A model generated the notes under the pieces. It was not told the origin of the DNA. It did no database searches and was given only the letters and a program-made list of their open reading frames with translations. Of a stretch of DNA of 53,772 nucleotides, positions 9,149-19,469 are shown one piece after another. Each line of letters starts with the position of its first letter. Position 1 is the first letter of the stretch. The translations under genes were made by a program, and so were the position numbers. Source of the DNA: an uncultured Aminicenantes bacterium (GTDB taxonomy: Bacteria; Acidobacteriota; Aminicenantia; UBA2199); NCBI GenBank assembly GCA_965195285.1, contig CBDAFS010000046.1, positions 1 to 53,772 of the forward strand. The letters run 5' to 3'.

Positions 9149-10327
9149 ATGAACCATGAAAAAATCGAACGAAAGTTAAATGTGTTCGAAAAATATCTTC
9201 CACTTTGGGTAATATTGTGCATAGCATCCGGTATTATCATAGGGAAATTGGCTCCGGGAACGGCAACATTTTTGGATGGCCTGGCCATATATGTGAATGA
9301 ATCCCCGGTTGTATCCATTCCTATTGCCATCTGCCTGTTTTTTATGATGTACCCCATCATGGTAAAAATCGACTTTACCAATGTGGTTAAATCCGCCAAA
9401 ACCCCCAAACCGGTTGGATTAACACTTTTTGCCAACTGGTTGGTAAAGCCCTTCACCATGTATCTTATTGCCATCTTTTTCCTGGGTTTTCTTTTTAAAA
9501 CCTTCATAGGTGTGGATGCCATTGACCTGGTTAAACTTCCACCCGGTGCTGACTGGGATATCGGAAGCATTCATGGGGCAGGAAAGGTTGTACTCCACGA
9601 AGGATTAAAAATGCTTGAAATTCCCCTCTGGCGAAGTTACCTGGCTGGCTGTATCCTCCTGGGGATTGCCCCCTGCACGGCCATGGTTCTGGTCTGGGGA
9701 TACCTGGCAAAGGGAAACGATGCGCTTACCCTGGTTATGGTGGCCATTAACTCGTTAACCATGCTGGTTTTATACGGCCCGTTGGGAGGATTTTTATTAG
9801 GTGTCGGCCGGTTGCCTATTCCATGGCAGGCCTTGTTACTTTCAATCAGTATTTACGTCGCCTTACCCTTGATTGCCGGGTTCTTTTCAAGAAAACTCAT
9901 TATAAAAGCAAAGGGAGAACAATGGTTCAAAGAGAAATTCCTCCACCTGCTTACCCCGGTTTCCATTGTGGCCCTCCTGTTCACTCTGGTTTTATTATTC
10001 TCTTTTAAGGGAGACATCATTCTCACACGGCCGTTAACCATTCTATGGATCGCCATTCCCCTCTTTATTCAAACCAACCTGATCTTCTGGATGACTTATG
10101 GGCTGGCCAGATTGCTGAAATTAAAGCATGAAGATGCTGCGCCCTCCGCCATGATAGGGGCCAGCAATCATTTTGAGGTGGCTATCGCTACAGCCACCTT
10201 GATATTCGGTTTGTCATCCGGTGCGGCTCTGGCAACTGTTGTGGGCGTTTTAATCGAAGTTCCGGTGATGCTCATGCTGGTCAAAATCTGCCTGAAAACC
10301 GGACACTGGTTTAAACAACCATTATAA
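9149..10327 (+). CDS. acr3: Acr3 family arsenite efflux transporter
   Basis: [40 protein letters not shown] motifs. Confidence 0.93.
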   Translation: MNHEKIERKLNVFEKYLPLWVILCIASGIIIGKLAPGTATFLDGLAIYVNESPVVSIPIAICLFFMMYPIMVKIDFTNVVKSAKTPKPVGLTLFANWLVKPFTMYLIAIFFLGFLFKTFIGVDAIDLVKLPPGADWDIGSIHGAGKVVLHEGLKMLEIPLWRSYLAGCILLGIAPCTAMVLVWGYLAKGNDALTLVMVAINSLTMLVLYGPLGGFLLGVGRLPIPWQALLLSISIYVALPLIAGFFSRKLIIKAKGEQWFKEKFLHLLTPVSIVALLFTLVLLFSFKGDIILTRPLTILWIAIPLFIQTNLIFWMTYGLARLLKLKHEDAAPSAMIGASNHFEVAIATATLIFGLSSGAALATVVGVLIEVPVMLMLVKICLKTGHWFKQPL

Positions 10328-10402
10328 AACCCTGAGCAAAGCATTGTGCTCAATTAAATTAAAAATAGGACAGTGATTCTATTTAATGAAAAATTTTTAT
10401 AA

Positions 10403-10431
10403 TTGACAAATAAGAATTGTTACTATATAAT
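10403..10431 (+). promoter_or_regulatory. Consensus sigma70 promoter with a possible PerR/Fur box in the spacer
   Basis: TTGACA(10403-10408)-17 bp-TATAAT(10426-10431); imperfect dyad AATAAGAAT-T-GTTACTATA between them. Confidence 0.7.
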
Positions 10432-10449
10432 AACTATGTTAATTAAGCA

Positions 10450-10884
10450 ATGAATATGGATTTGGAATTTTTTAAAAAGCAGTGTAAACAATACAACCTG
10501 AGAATCACTCCTCAGCGCATTTTAATATACAAAGTTGTTTTAAGCTCACCCGAACATCCCAATACCGAAATTGTATTCAGGCAAGTTAAAGAAGAGTTTT
10601 CAAATATCTCATTCAATACCGTCCACCGAACCCTTTTAACCTTTGCTGAACTTAAGCTGTTGGATACGGTTGAGGGATTTGGCGGTCCGAAACGGTTTGA
10701 TCCCAATTTGAGTAATCATCACCATCTGCATTGCGAAAAGTGTGGGAAGATCGTTGACTTCAAAGATAAAACCTATGATGACCTGCCAGCTCCCCGACAG
10801 CTGGACAACGATTTTGAGATAACCAGAACAAGAGTGGTCATCAGTGGGATATGTAAAGATTGTCAAAAGAAAATTAAATATTGA
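10450..10884 (+). CDS. perR: Fur family regulator, PerR-like
   Basis: LRITPQR, EHP, HHHLHCEKCG and CKDC zinc motifs; directly upstream of catalase. Confidence 0.82.
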   Translation: MNMDLEFFKKQCKQYNLRITPQRILIYKVVLSSPEHPNTEIVFRQVKEEFSNISFNTVHRTLLTFAELKLLDTVEGFGGPKRFDPNLSNHHHLHCEKCGKIVDFKDKTYDDLPAPRQLDNDFEITRTRVVISGICKDCQKKIKY

Positions 10885-10921
10885 AAAAAATTTTAAATTA
10901 GTTTGTAAATAGGAGGAAACG

Positions 10922-12385
10922 ATGAGTAATGACAAAAACAAGGGGAAAGGGGAGAAGATCCTAACCACAGCAGCCGGTATTCCGGTTCCGGATAACCAGA
11001 CTTCGCTAACTGCCGGGGAACGTGGACCCACTTTAATGCAAGATCATTTTTTACTTGAAAAACTGGCTCATTTCAATCGGGAACGCATTCCCGAGCGGGT
11101 TGTTCATGCCAAGGCAGCCGGCGCCCACGGTACTTTTACGGTAACCAATGATATCACCAAGTATACCAAAGCCAAACTTTTCTCTAAGGTTGGGGGAAAA
11201 ACCGACATGTTCGGTCGCTTTTCTACGGTGGCCGGTGAAAAAGGTTCTGCGGATACGGTTCGTGATGTTAGGGGATTTGCCCTCAAATTCTACACCGAAG
11301 AAGGCAACTGGGATTTGGTTGGAAATAATACCCCCACATTTTTTATTCGGGATGCCATGAAATTTCCCGATTTTATCCATACCCAAAAGCGGGTTCCTCA
11401 AACCAATTTAAGGTCAGAAACCATGTGGTGGGACTTCTGGTCTCAGGTTCCGGAATCACTTCATCAGGTAACCATTCTTTTTTCAGATCGCGGTATCCCC
11501 AAGGGGATCCCCTTTATGAATGGCTACGGTAGCCATACCTACAGTTTTATCAATGCCAACAATGAACGATTTTGGGTCAAATTTCATTTTAAAACCCGGC
11601 AAGGAATTCAAAACATGACCCAGGAAGAGGCGGATACAATGGTAGGAAAAGATCCGGATTACCATACCCGCCAGTTGTTTGAGACCATACAAAAAGGTGG
11701 TTTCCCCAAATGGATATTTAACATACAGATAATGCCCGAAGCCGAGGCTGAACACTATCGCTGGAATCCCTTTGATCTGACCAAGGTATGGCCCCACGGT
11801 GATTACCCCCTGATCGAAGTCGGGGTGATGGAATTAAATCGCAATCCGGAAAACTACTTTGCCGAGGTTGAACAATCCGCCTTTTCACCGGCAAACGTGG
11901 TCCCCGGAATATCCTTTTCACCCTGCAAAATGCTTCAGGCCCGTATTTTTGCTTATGCCGATGCCCATCGGTACCGCCTCGGAGTTAACTATGAGAGTTT
12001 GCCCATTAACCGTCCCCAAGGACCAGAAGTCAACAACTATCAGCGGGATGGACATATGAGATTTGACGGCAACCGGGGCACAGCGGTGAACTATGAGCCC
12101 AATACCTTTGGAGGTCCCAATGAAGATTCTGCCTTTGCCGAACCTCCTCTAAAAATTTCCGGTGATGCAGATCGGTATGAGCAGAAAAGAGGGGTTGATG
12201 ATGATTACATTCAACCGGGAAATCTGTATCGGTTACTCCCCCCGGATGAACAGAATCGTTTGATCAATAACATTGTTGGCACCCTTAAAAATGTTCCCCG
12301 GCAAATCCAGGAAAAGATGGTTAGCCATTTCAGAAAAGCGGATCCAGCTTACGGAGATGGAGTCGCCAAGGGATTGGGACTTTAA
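10922..12385 (+). CDS. katA: Monofunctional heme catalase
   Basis: [34 protein letters not shown] signature motifs. Confidence 0.96.
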   Translation: MSNDKNKGKGEKILTTAAGIPVPDNQTSLTAGERGPTLMQDHFLLEKLAHFNRERIPERVVHAKAAGAHGTFTVTNDITKYTKAKLFSKVGGKTDMFGRFSTVAGEKGSADTVRDVRGFALKFYTEEGNWDLVGNNTPTFFIRDAMKFPDFIHTQKRVPQTNLRSETMWWDFWSQVPESLHQVTILFSDRGIPKGIPFMNGYGSHTYSFINANNERFWVKFHFKTRQGIQNMTQEEADTMVGKDPDYHTRQLFETIQKGGFPKWIFNIQIMPEAEAEHYRWNPFDLTKVWPHGDYPLIEVGVMELNRNPENYFAEVEQSAFSPANVVPGISFSPCKMLQARIFAYADAHRYRLGVNYESLPINRPQGPEVNNYQRDGHMRFDGNRGTAVNYEPNTFGGPNEDSAFAEPPLKISGDADRYEQKRGVDDDYIQPGNLYRLLPPDEQNRLINNIVGTLKNVPRQIQEKMVSHFRKADPAYGDGVAKGLGL

Positions 12386-12422
12386 TTCGATAAAAAGGTA
12401 TTTCTGGGAAAAAAGAACAAAT

Positions 12423-12566
12423 AAGGGGACGGTTCTATTCTGCCGGTTGTTACCTCTTGTTAATATGTGAATTACAGCATCCCTCGGTGCTGCTCTGGCT
12501 GTTCTTGGCATAATTAAAATATTTCACTGTTATTATCGACTGTCAATAAAATAGAACCGTCCCCTT
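12423..12566 (-). mobile_element. Internally deleted RAYT-type element with 17-bp terminal inverted repeats
   Basis: AAGGGGACGGTTCTATT (12423-12439) / AATAGAACCGTCCCCTT (12550-12566) enclosing a transposase N-terminus MPRTARAAPRDAVIHILTRGNNRQ (ATG 12511). Confidence 0.75.
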
Positions 12567-12575
12567 TTTTATTTA

Positions 12576-12839
12576 TTAGATTAAAAACCAGAAAGCCAGG
12601 CCAATCAAGCCCAGGAAAAAGATCGCAGTACCGCAACCGGCTGATTTGGATGGTTTTACCATAAACCGGTCCGGATACTTCTCATACAATTCCATACTCA
12701 GCTGATCGACATAATCTTTCGACTCCTTCAACCCTTTACATGTTGCGTTCCGGTAAACCTTGATGGCCTGGATCTTCTTTCCTTCATAAATCAAGGATGT
12801 AATCTCATCTTCAACGGTTTTTTCGATATCTTGACTCAT
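12576..12839 (-). CDS. Small membrane-anchored protein with a ribosomal L7/L12 C-terminal-like motif
   Basis: GKKIQAIKVYR...GLKESKDYVD plus a C-terminal TM; not the true rplL. Confidence 0.7.
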   Translation of the reverse strand: MSQDIEKTVEDEITSLIYEGKKIQAIKVYRNATCKGLKESKDYVDQLSMELYEKYPDRFMVKPSKSAGCGTAIFFLGLIGLAFWFLI

Positions 12840-13074
12840 TTTATACGCTCCCATTTTTCTGTTTTCGATAAAATGTTCCATATTGCCTTTTTAACTGTTT
12901 CATGAAAATTGCCATTCTGTTAACGGTCCTTAAATTCAACCGCTCTTATTGTCAACATCATTATATTAAAAAAATATAATTTTTTTTTCAAATACTATCT
13001 GATGTACAATTATCGACCGGGTAGCAGCTTTACGGATTTTCATGATATGATAAAGAATAAAAAATGAGGTAACC

Positions 13075-15234
13075 ATGACCGGAAAAAAAGGAAACTATAA
13101 AAAGGGCTTTACATATGCGGAAAATATTTCTTTACTTATCATGCTGTTTGTCTTGCTTTGTGTCCCTATTAAAGGCGAAGTAAAAGGCATTGAAATTTTG
13201 TCTCGATACCTGTTTGCCGATGGGAAAACCTTCAGTAGTGTTGGGAGTTATGAAGTACTCAAAGGCCGTTTGGTCTTCGAAGTTGATCCGCGACATCCGG
13301 CAAATTCTGCCGTAGTAGATTTGGAATATGCGCCTAAAAATGCCCGGGGCTGGGTGGAATTCTCAGCCGAATTTTTGCTGATGAAACCCTTGGACTTAAG
13401 CAAGGGAAACCACCGGCTGCTCTACGATGTTAATAACCGGGGCAACCTAATCATGTTGGGAGTAATGAATGACGCACCTTTCAGCAATTTGCCCTCTACA
13501 ACGGAACATGCGGGCAGCGGTTTTTTGATGCGGGAGGGGTATTCCCTGCTGTGGACCGCCTGGAACTGGGATGTCAGGCCTGGCGATCAACGTCTGCAAA
13601 TGGATATCCCGGTAGCAACAGATATGGGCAAACCCATTACCCAGCAGATTGCTGCGGAAATTGTTTTAAGCTTCGACGATAAACCCGCTTTGAGTCGACC
13701 CCTGGCCTGGGGTAACAGCCGTTGTTATCCTCCGGCAGATGCCACAAACAAAAGCGGGGCCCGTTTGACAGTGCGGGACGAACCCCGGGGCCAACGCCGT
13801 CTTATCTCTCCTGAACAGTGGGGATTCGGTAAGTGGCAGGGTAAGCAATTGGTGCCGGACTCTACCTGGCTCTATCTAAAGAGCGGCTTTTTACCCGGCA
13901 AGATTTACGAATTGATATACACAGTCAGGAATCCCCGCGTCGTGGGATTGGGACTGGCATCTGTTCGGGATGCACTCACTTTTTTCCGTTTCCGGATAGA
14001 GGATCGTTTAGGCTGCGCCAATCCCCTGGCCGTTCGTGAAACGGACAAGGGGTTCAAACCGGACCCGGAGAAAGTGTATATATTTGGCGTGTCCCAGTCA
14101 GGACGCTTTATCACCCACATGATCTACGAGGGTTTTCATGTAAACAAACAGGGACAGATGGTCTTCGACGGTGCCAGGATTCATGTGGCCGGCGGTGGTA
14201 AAGGTGGTTTCAATCACCGTTTTTCCCAAACAACTCACCACCCCAGTCACCTGGAGGGCAACTACATGCCGGCGGATTTTTTCCCTTTTAATTATGCCCT
14301 GCAAAAAGATTTGCTGACAGGAAAGAAAGGGGATGTTCTGGCTAAGGCTAAGAAATTGGGCAAAATTCCCTATATTATGATTACCAATAATGAATTGGAA
14401 TACTGGACCCGTTCCGCGTCCTTGATTCATACCGACGCGTCGGGGGAAAAAGATGCGCCGCTTCACGAAAAAGTCCGGATTTACCTGACCAGCAGTGCTC
14501 CCCATCGCAATGCCCGGTCCAGGCAGCGCCGTATCTATGAACACTCCGTAAATATCCTGAATCACTATCCCATTTCCAGGGCACTACTGCGAGCATTGGA
14601 CCTCTGGGTGACAAAAGGCATCCTACCGCCCGACAGCCGCTATCCGAGAATCGATAGAAAAGAGTTAATAACGGCAGCGGAGCATAAAAAAAGATTCCCC
14701 CAAATCCCGGGCATGCGCCATCCGGGCAGGAATCTCAAACCACCGCGGGTGGATTACGGCCCTCAATTTTGGGTCAATGGTATTATAACGATCATACCAC
14801 CCCGGATGGGTGAACCTTATCAAGCCATGGTCCCTGCATTTGACAGGGATGGCAATGGTATAGGTGGTATTCGCCTGCCCGAAATCCGGGTACCCCTAGG
14901 TACCTATCAGGGTTGGAATCCCAGGCGTGCGGAATTTGGCGCGCCCAATTATTTAGGCCGGTTTGAAGGATCTTTTTGGCCTTTTGTTTTAACGGAGAAG
15001 GAACGAAAAAAGAACGGTGACCCCCGGCCTTCCATCGCAGCCCGTTACCCGACAAAGGAATTATATGTAGAAAAGGTCAGGGAAGCGGTTCTGCAGTTGA
15101 TAAAAGAGGGATTTTTGCTGAAAGAAGATGCGAAGCGTTACATTGAGCGGGGCGAAGCCATGGCCTGGCCGCCTCAATTGATACCGGATTTTCCCTTCTG
15201 GAAAGAAGTACCCAAAACAAGTAAAAATCATTGA
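13075..15234 (+). CDS. Exported alpha/beta-hydrolase domain protein
   Basis: Signal peptide, GVSQSG nucleophile elbow, DGNGIGGIRLP..VPLGTY C-terminal motif. Confidence 0.8.
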   Translation: MTGKKGNYKKGFTYAENISLLIMLFVLLCVPIKGEVKGIEILSRYLFADGKTFSSVGSYEVLKGRLVFEVDPRHPANSAVVDLEYAPKNARGWVEFSAEFLLMKPLDLSKGNHRLLYDVNNRGNLIMLGVMNDAPFSNLPSTTEHAGSGFLMREGYSLLWTAWNWDVRPGDQRLQMDIPVATDMGKPITQQIAAEIVLSFDDKPALSRPLAWGNSRCYPPADATNKSGARLTVRDEPRGQRRLISPEQWGFGKWQGKQLVPDSTWLYLKSGFLPGKIYELIYTVRNPRVVGLGLASVRDALTFFRFRIEDRLGCANPLAVRETDKGFKPDPEKVYIFGVSQSGRFITHMIYEGFHVNKQGQMVFDGARIHVAGGGKGGFNHRFSQTTHHPSHLEGNYMPADFFPFNYALQKDLLTGKKGDVLAKAKKLGKIPYIMITNNELEYWTRSASLIHTDASGEKDAPLHEKVRIYLTSSAPHRNARSRQRRIYEHSVNILNHYPISRALLRALDLWVTKGILPPDSRYPRIDRKELITAAEHKKRFPQIPGMRHPGRNLKPPRVDYGPQFWVNGIITIIPPRMGEPYQAMVPAFDRDGNGIGGIRLPEIRVPLGTYQGWNPRRAEFGAPNYLGRFEGSFWPFVLTEKERKKNGDPRPSIAARYPTKELYVEKVREAVLQLIKEGFLLKEDAKRYIERGEAMAWPPQLIPDFPFWKEVPKTSKNH

Positions 15235-15318
15235 GAATTCCAGGGAACGCAGATCAGAGTCCTGGAGCCTTGAAGCGGTGATTAAGCGATTTAAGAGTTA
15301 TTTAAACAGGAGGTTATC

Positions 15319-16131
15319 TTGAAAAAAATAATTATTTTATTATGGGTTTGTTTTCTTATGGTATTTTCGTCAGCAATCGGATCTGCTCATGATTTATGGC
15401 TGGTTCCGCAACAGTTTGTCATAGAGCCCGGGCAACCACTGACAATTTTTGCCAATACAGGCATGGATTTTCCCAGGAGCTTGAATGCCATTAAACCGGA
15501 TAGGATAAATCAATTCATCCTATTGGGACAAACAATAAGAAAAGAACTTACAGAATTAAAAATACAGGACAAATCCCTAACCACGGTCTGTGTGATTCAA
15601 AATCAGGGAACCTATGTCGCGGCCATGTCTCTGCACCCCAGAGAGATAAAACTGAAGGCAAACGAATTTAATGAATATCTGCTTCATGACGGCCTTAAAA
15701 ACATATATGAATTGAGAAAAAAGGAGGGTATTCTTCATGAAGATGCCGTTGAATACTATTCAAAATATTCCAAGACCATTATTCAGGCGGGCAATCAACT
15801 GGATGAAACACCCTGCAAACCGCTTAACATTGTCCTGGAAATCATCCCGCAGAGTAATCCCTACAGATTGAAGCAGGGTGACAAACTGACCGTATCCGTT
15901 CTGTTCAGGGGCAAGCCATTGATCGATGCCGAATTGAGCTGGAGTTTCCCGGGCCGGGGAGAACAATTCGCCGGTACGACCAGGACCGACACTGACGGGA
16001 ACGCCATTGTTCCACTCGCTAAGGCCGGGCCCTATGTAATCCGAATGACCCACATGGAATGGGTCAAAAAGCAAACCCATGAATGGGAAAGCTACTGGGC
16101 TTCCCTAACTTTTGAAGTTTTGCCTAAATGA
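15319..16131 (+). CDS. DUF4198 family periplasmic protein
   Basis: Signal peptide followed by AHDLWL; FNEYL, KYSKT, LEIIP..NPY, YWASLTF motifs. Confidence 0.8.
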   Translation: MKKIIILLWVCFLMVFSSAIGSAHDLWLVPQQFVIEPGQPLTIFANTGMDFPRSLNAIKPDRINQFILLGQTIRKELTELKIQDKSLTTVCVIQNQGTYVAAMSLHPREIKLKANEFNEYLLHDGLKNIYELRKKEGILHEDAVEYYSKYSKTIIQAGNQLDETPCKPLNIVLEIIPQSNPYRLKQGDKLTVSVLFRGKPLIDAELSWSFPGRGEQFAGTTRTDTDGNAIVPLAKAGPYVIRMTHMEWVKKQTHEWESYWASLTFEVLPK

Positions 16132-16368
16132 ATGATTTCAATCTGCTCATTGGCAGGACATTGGACACATCATTAGCGGTTTTTGCCTAGGGGTATTTTT
16201 CAAATAAATATTTATAGTTTAAAATCTATATAAGAAACTTTTGTCCTACCCACCCTTCATTATATTTTCGTGCTTTCATACCTGGGTCGAGAGTTTTTAT
16301 CAGGTAATTATTTCTTTCGTTTGGTTTTGCCACGCTGGCTGTAATGATGAACAATGTCTTCAAAAGAA

Positions 16369-16581
16369 AAGAGGGACGGTGCTTTACAATTTGACATTTT
16401 TAGCTACCACTTTTCTCCCTAATTTTTTCAGATAACCAAGGACAGCCTGTAAATAGGAATCATTCTGTATAAGAAAGGATTTGTATCGATCCTGAAAAAC
16501 ATACCCCCTACCTTTTTCCGGGTATTTCCGCTTAGGGACATATAGGTAACGATGACTTTCATCTGTCACCCCTTTTAACAA
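16369..16581 (-). pseudogene. RAYT-type transposase remnant (internal plus C-terminal fragment) with end motif
   Basis: GYVFQDRYKSFLIQNDSYL aligns by eye with GTLFKGRYKSILIEFDNYF of the intact 20682 protein; GGGACGGT motif just past the stop, shared with the 12423 element. Confidence 0.7.
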
Positions 16582-16587
16582 AATAGT

Positions 16588-17436
16588 CTATTGAACATAA
16601 TTCGTATCCGCGAAACTATTGATCAGTTTATCGCAGCCGCCGTTTTCTATGAATTCCGTATGATCATCTATTGACTTGAAACACTTTCCCGTTATATTTT
16701 TACATTCCATTTCATAATCGGCCGCTTCATAAAATGCCTTTAATATCTTTTCCGAAATCGGATCGGAAAAAGAGGTTTTATAGTTTTGTTCTCTGACCCT
16801 GGCGAGAGTGCTCATCCATATGGCGGCAGCCAGTGCCCCGCATCCATTGCCACTCAGGCCAAGGCCTCCCGCAAATCCGGCGACCATCACCATCTCCTCA
16901 TCGCTGCCGCCCATTTTTCTGACGACTTCTGAAGCACAGCTAATCGGCTGTTTAGGCAGATCGGTTTGATCTAGGGATAATCCTTCAGTCGCTGACCGGA
17001 TCGCATCCGGAGCCCATTTATCCGCCAGTTTATAGCAGGCCCAGAATTTACCGGAGAAAAAGTATTTCGCGATACTGAATTTGTTTGACCAGTCACAAGC
17101 GGTTATCTCCGAACAGTCAGCGGTATTTGTCCTGTTAATAAATGATTTCATAATATGTTGGGTTGCTTTTATGGCCATACCAATGGCCTTGTCCCGGTTT
17201 TCAGACCGGCGAAAGGCCTCCGCCCCCACAGCCAGTGAAGCCCCCCAGAGCATTCCGCATTGATATCCCTGCTGCAGTATTCCGCCCGCTAACGGGTCTG
17301 CGGCATGCTCCTCATTCTCGAGCGGATGACCGAATTCGCGGTTCAATATATAGGAGAATGCGCGGGAGCAGGTGCCCTTTTTCATAAATACTCTTTTGGT
17401 GTCTCGCCGAACCTTTTTTGTTTTTTTCATTTTCAA
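16588..17436 (-). CDS. C_GCAxxG_C_C family putative redox protein (two domains)
   Basis: Duplicated C...CGxxxG/A...C...C pattern (QCGMLWGA, GCGALAAA). Confidence 0.75.
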   Translation of the reverse strand: MKMKKTKKVRRDTKRVFMKKGTCSRAFSYILNREFGHPLENEEHAADPLAGGILQQGYQCGMLWGASLAVGAEAFRRSENRDKAIGMAIKATQHIMKSFINRTNTADCSEITACDWSNKFSIAKYFFSGKFWACYKLADKWAPDAIRSATEGLSLDQTDLPKQPISCASEVVRKMGGSDEEMVMVAGFAGGLGLSGNGCGALAAAIWMSTLARVREQNYKTSFSDPISEKILKAFYEAADYEMECKNITGKCFKSIDDHTEFIENGGCDKLINSFADTNYVQ

Positions 17437-17453
17437 CCATTTCCTCTGGTTTG

Positions 17454-18470
17454 TCAGGTTTTGTTATTATGTCCTACCGTTATGACCACATTTCCCTTAT
17501 GGTGGCCTTCCTCAACATACCGGTGGGCTTCGGCAGCCTGTTCCAACGGAAAACATTTGTCAATAACCGATTTTATCTTTCCCGCCTCAATCAGCTCTTT
17601 GAAGAAAACGAGATCTTCAGTCCCTCCATCCATCGCCAGTGCACATATTACCCTCTTTCCGCCGGTGAATTTGGTCCTCAACATCTGCAAAACCTTTCTC
17701 ATCTTGAAGCTGGCCAATAGATAGCGCCCCTTTGGCTTCAGGCAGCTTTTAACTTTTGAAAAGGAACTCTTGCCCAGTATGTCAAAAACAAGGTCATAGG
17801 TCTCACCCTGTGTGGTAAAATCCTCCCGGGTATAATCAATCACCCGATCGGCTCCCAGAGATTTCACAAATTCCAATCTCGGGGTGCCGCATACCCCGGT
17901 AACCTCCGCCCCATAGTGAGATTTGGCAAGCTGTACAGCAGCTGAACCAATCCCTCCGGAAGCGCCATTGATAAGGACTTTTTGTCCTTGCTCAATTTTT
18001 CCTTTTCTAAGCAAGCTCCCGGCCATTATGGCCCCGTATGGATGGACCACAGCTTCCTCATAGGAGATATTGGCGGGTTTTATGGCCACCGTACCTTTTT
18101 CAGGCACACATAGATACTGGGCATAAGCTCCCATGTTCTGACCGAGATATCCATAGACCTGGTCCCCTTTCTTAAACCGCTTGACATCTTTGCCTACTGC
18201 TTCTATTTCCCCGGCAAACACACTGCCCAGTATTTTAATTCTTGGTTTTCTCATCCCGAAAAATATTTTTGTGGGGAAGATGAGGGGGGAAGGCATGTGG
18301 AACTCGCGTAAAGGGATGTTTTTAAAATTCCGGGCGACAACATCCCCGTAATTCACTGTCGTGGCATGGTTCTTTATTAATATTTCTTTGTCCCCGGGAA
18401 CAGGTTTATCCACCTCCTGTAGCTGAAGAACTTCCGGTGGTCCGTATTTTTCATATACAATCGCTTTCAT
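17454..18470 (-). CDS. Zn-independent MDR / quinone-oxidoreductase-like NAD(P) dehydrogenase (paralog 3)
   Basis: [30 protein letters not shown]; start at ATG 18470 after GGAGG. Confidence 0.88.
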   Translation of the reverse strand: MKAIVYEKYGPPEVLQLQEVDKPVPGDKEILIKNHATTVNYGDVVARNFKNIPLREFHMPSPLIFPTKIFFGMRKPRIKILGSVFAGEIEAVGKDVKRFKKGDQVYGYLGQNMGAYAQYLCVPEKGTVAIKPANISYEEAVVHPYGAIMAGSLLRKGKIEQGQKVLINGASGGIGSAAVQLAKSHYGAEVTGVCGTPRLEFVKSLGADRVIDYTREDFTTQGETYDLVFDILGKSSFSKVKSCLKPKGRYLLASFKMRKVLQMLRTKFTGGKRVICALAMDGGTEDLVFFKELIEAGKIKSVIDKCFPLEQAAEAHRYVEEGHHKGNVVITVGHNNKT

Positions 18471-18483
18471 GACATCCTCCTTG

Positions 18484-19452
18484 TTAAGTTTTATAATTGC
18501 CTTCCACAGTGATGACGACTTTTCCCCGGGCGTGTCCCTGGTCCAGATAGCGGAAGGCCTCAGGGATTTCACTCAGGGGGTAGGTTCTGTCTATGACCGG
18601 TGTGACCTTTCCGGATTCAATGAGCTCCTTCAGAACAACCAGGTCCTCTTTCTTCGGGATCGAAACGTACGGGCGTCCCTGCTGGCGCACGAACAGTGAC
18701 AAAAAGAAAGCCTTCATGATAAAACCCAATCCGCTATGTCCGCTGTTAGGTATGTGGATCCCCTGGGGGTTGAGCGCGCGCCTGTAGTCTGACAAGGAAT
18801 GGTTCGCTACTTGATCAAGGATGAGATCGTAGCGCTGCTCGCTTTGCGTGAAGTTCTCCTGGGTGTAATCAATGACATGGTCAGCGCCGATGGATCGGAC
18901 CAGATCCACTTTTCTGGTGCTGCAGACACCGGTCACTTCGGCTCCCAAGGCCTTGGCGATCTGCACGGCAAAGGTTCCCACCCCTCCTGACGCACCATTA
19001 ATAAGAACCTTCTGTCCCGGCTGTACCTTTCCTGCATCCCTTAGACCCTGGAGGGCAGAGAGTGCCGAGGTAGGTACGGCTGCGGCCTGCTCAAGGGTGA
19101 GGTTGACGGGCTTGGGCAAAAGGGTTTTTCCCTTAACACAGACATATTCGGCACAGGTGTGGGTACCCGCGCCAAAAACCTCATCACCTGGTTTAAACTG
19201 CTTTACGTTCTTACCGGCCGCCTCTATGTACCCGGCCACATCGAATCCCGGAATATAGTTCTTTGGTTTGGGAAACCCGGCACTTATTCGCACCATGTAG
19301 GGCATCCCTCTCATGAAGAAGAGGTCACCGGCATGGAGGGCAAGTGCATGAACCTTCACCAGCACCTCGTTATCCTTGACCACCGGCTTGTCAACCTCCC
19401 TGAGTTCGAAGAAATCCGGTGAGCCATACCCGGTTTGAATTATTGCTTTCAT
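18484..19452 (-). CDS. Zn-independent MDR dehydrogenase (paralog 2)
   Basis: [23 protein letters not shown]. Confidence 0.88.
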   Translation of the reverse strand: MKAIIQTGYGSPDFFELREVDKPVVKDNEVLVKVHALALHAGDLFFMRGMPYMVRISAGFPKPKNYIPGFDVAGYIEAAGKNVKQFKPGDEVFGAGTHTCAEYVCVKGKTLLPKPVNLTLEQAAAVPTSALSALQGLRDAGKVQPGQKVLINGASGGVGTFAVQIAKALGAEVTGVCSTRKVDLVRSIGADHVIDYTQENFTQSEQRYDLILDQVANHSLSDYRRALNPQGIHIPNSGHSGLGFIMKAFFLSLFVRQQGRPYVSIPKKEDLVVLKELIESGKVTPVIDRTYPLSEIPEAFRYLDQGHARGKVVITVEGNYKT

Positions 19453-19469
19453 AGTATTCCTCCTTTTTG

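Noticed and set aside
11957-11967. GCCGATGCCCA match to the tRNA-Thr 3' end as an att site
   Set aside because: Only 11 bp and inside the conserved catalase heme-ligand coding region; chance match
12233-12511. 92-aa ORF as a complete gene
   Set aside because: Only the first ~24 codons are transposase-like; the remainder is read-through antisense to katA
12576-12881. Ribosomal protein gene rplL
   Set aside because: Lacks the bL12 N-terminal domain and hinge, has a C-terminal TM, and is not in an rplJ/rpoB context
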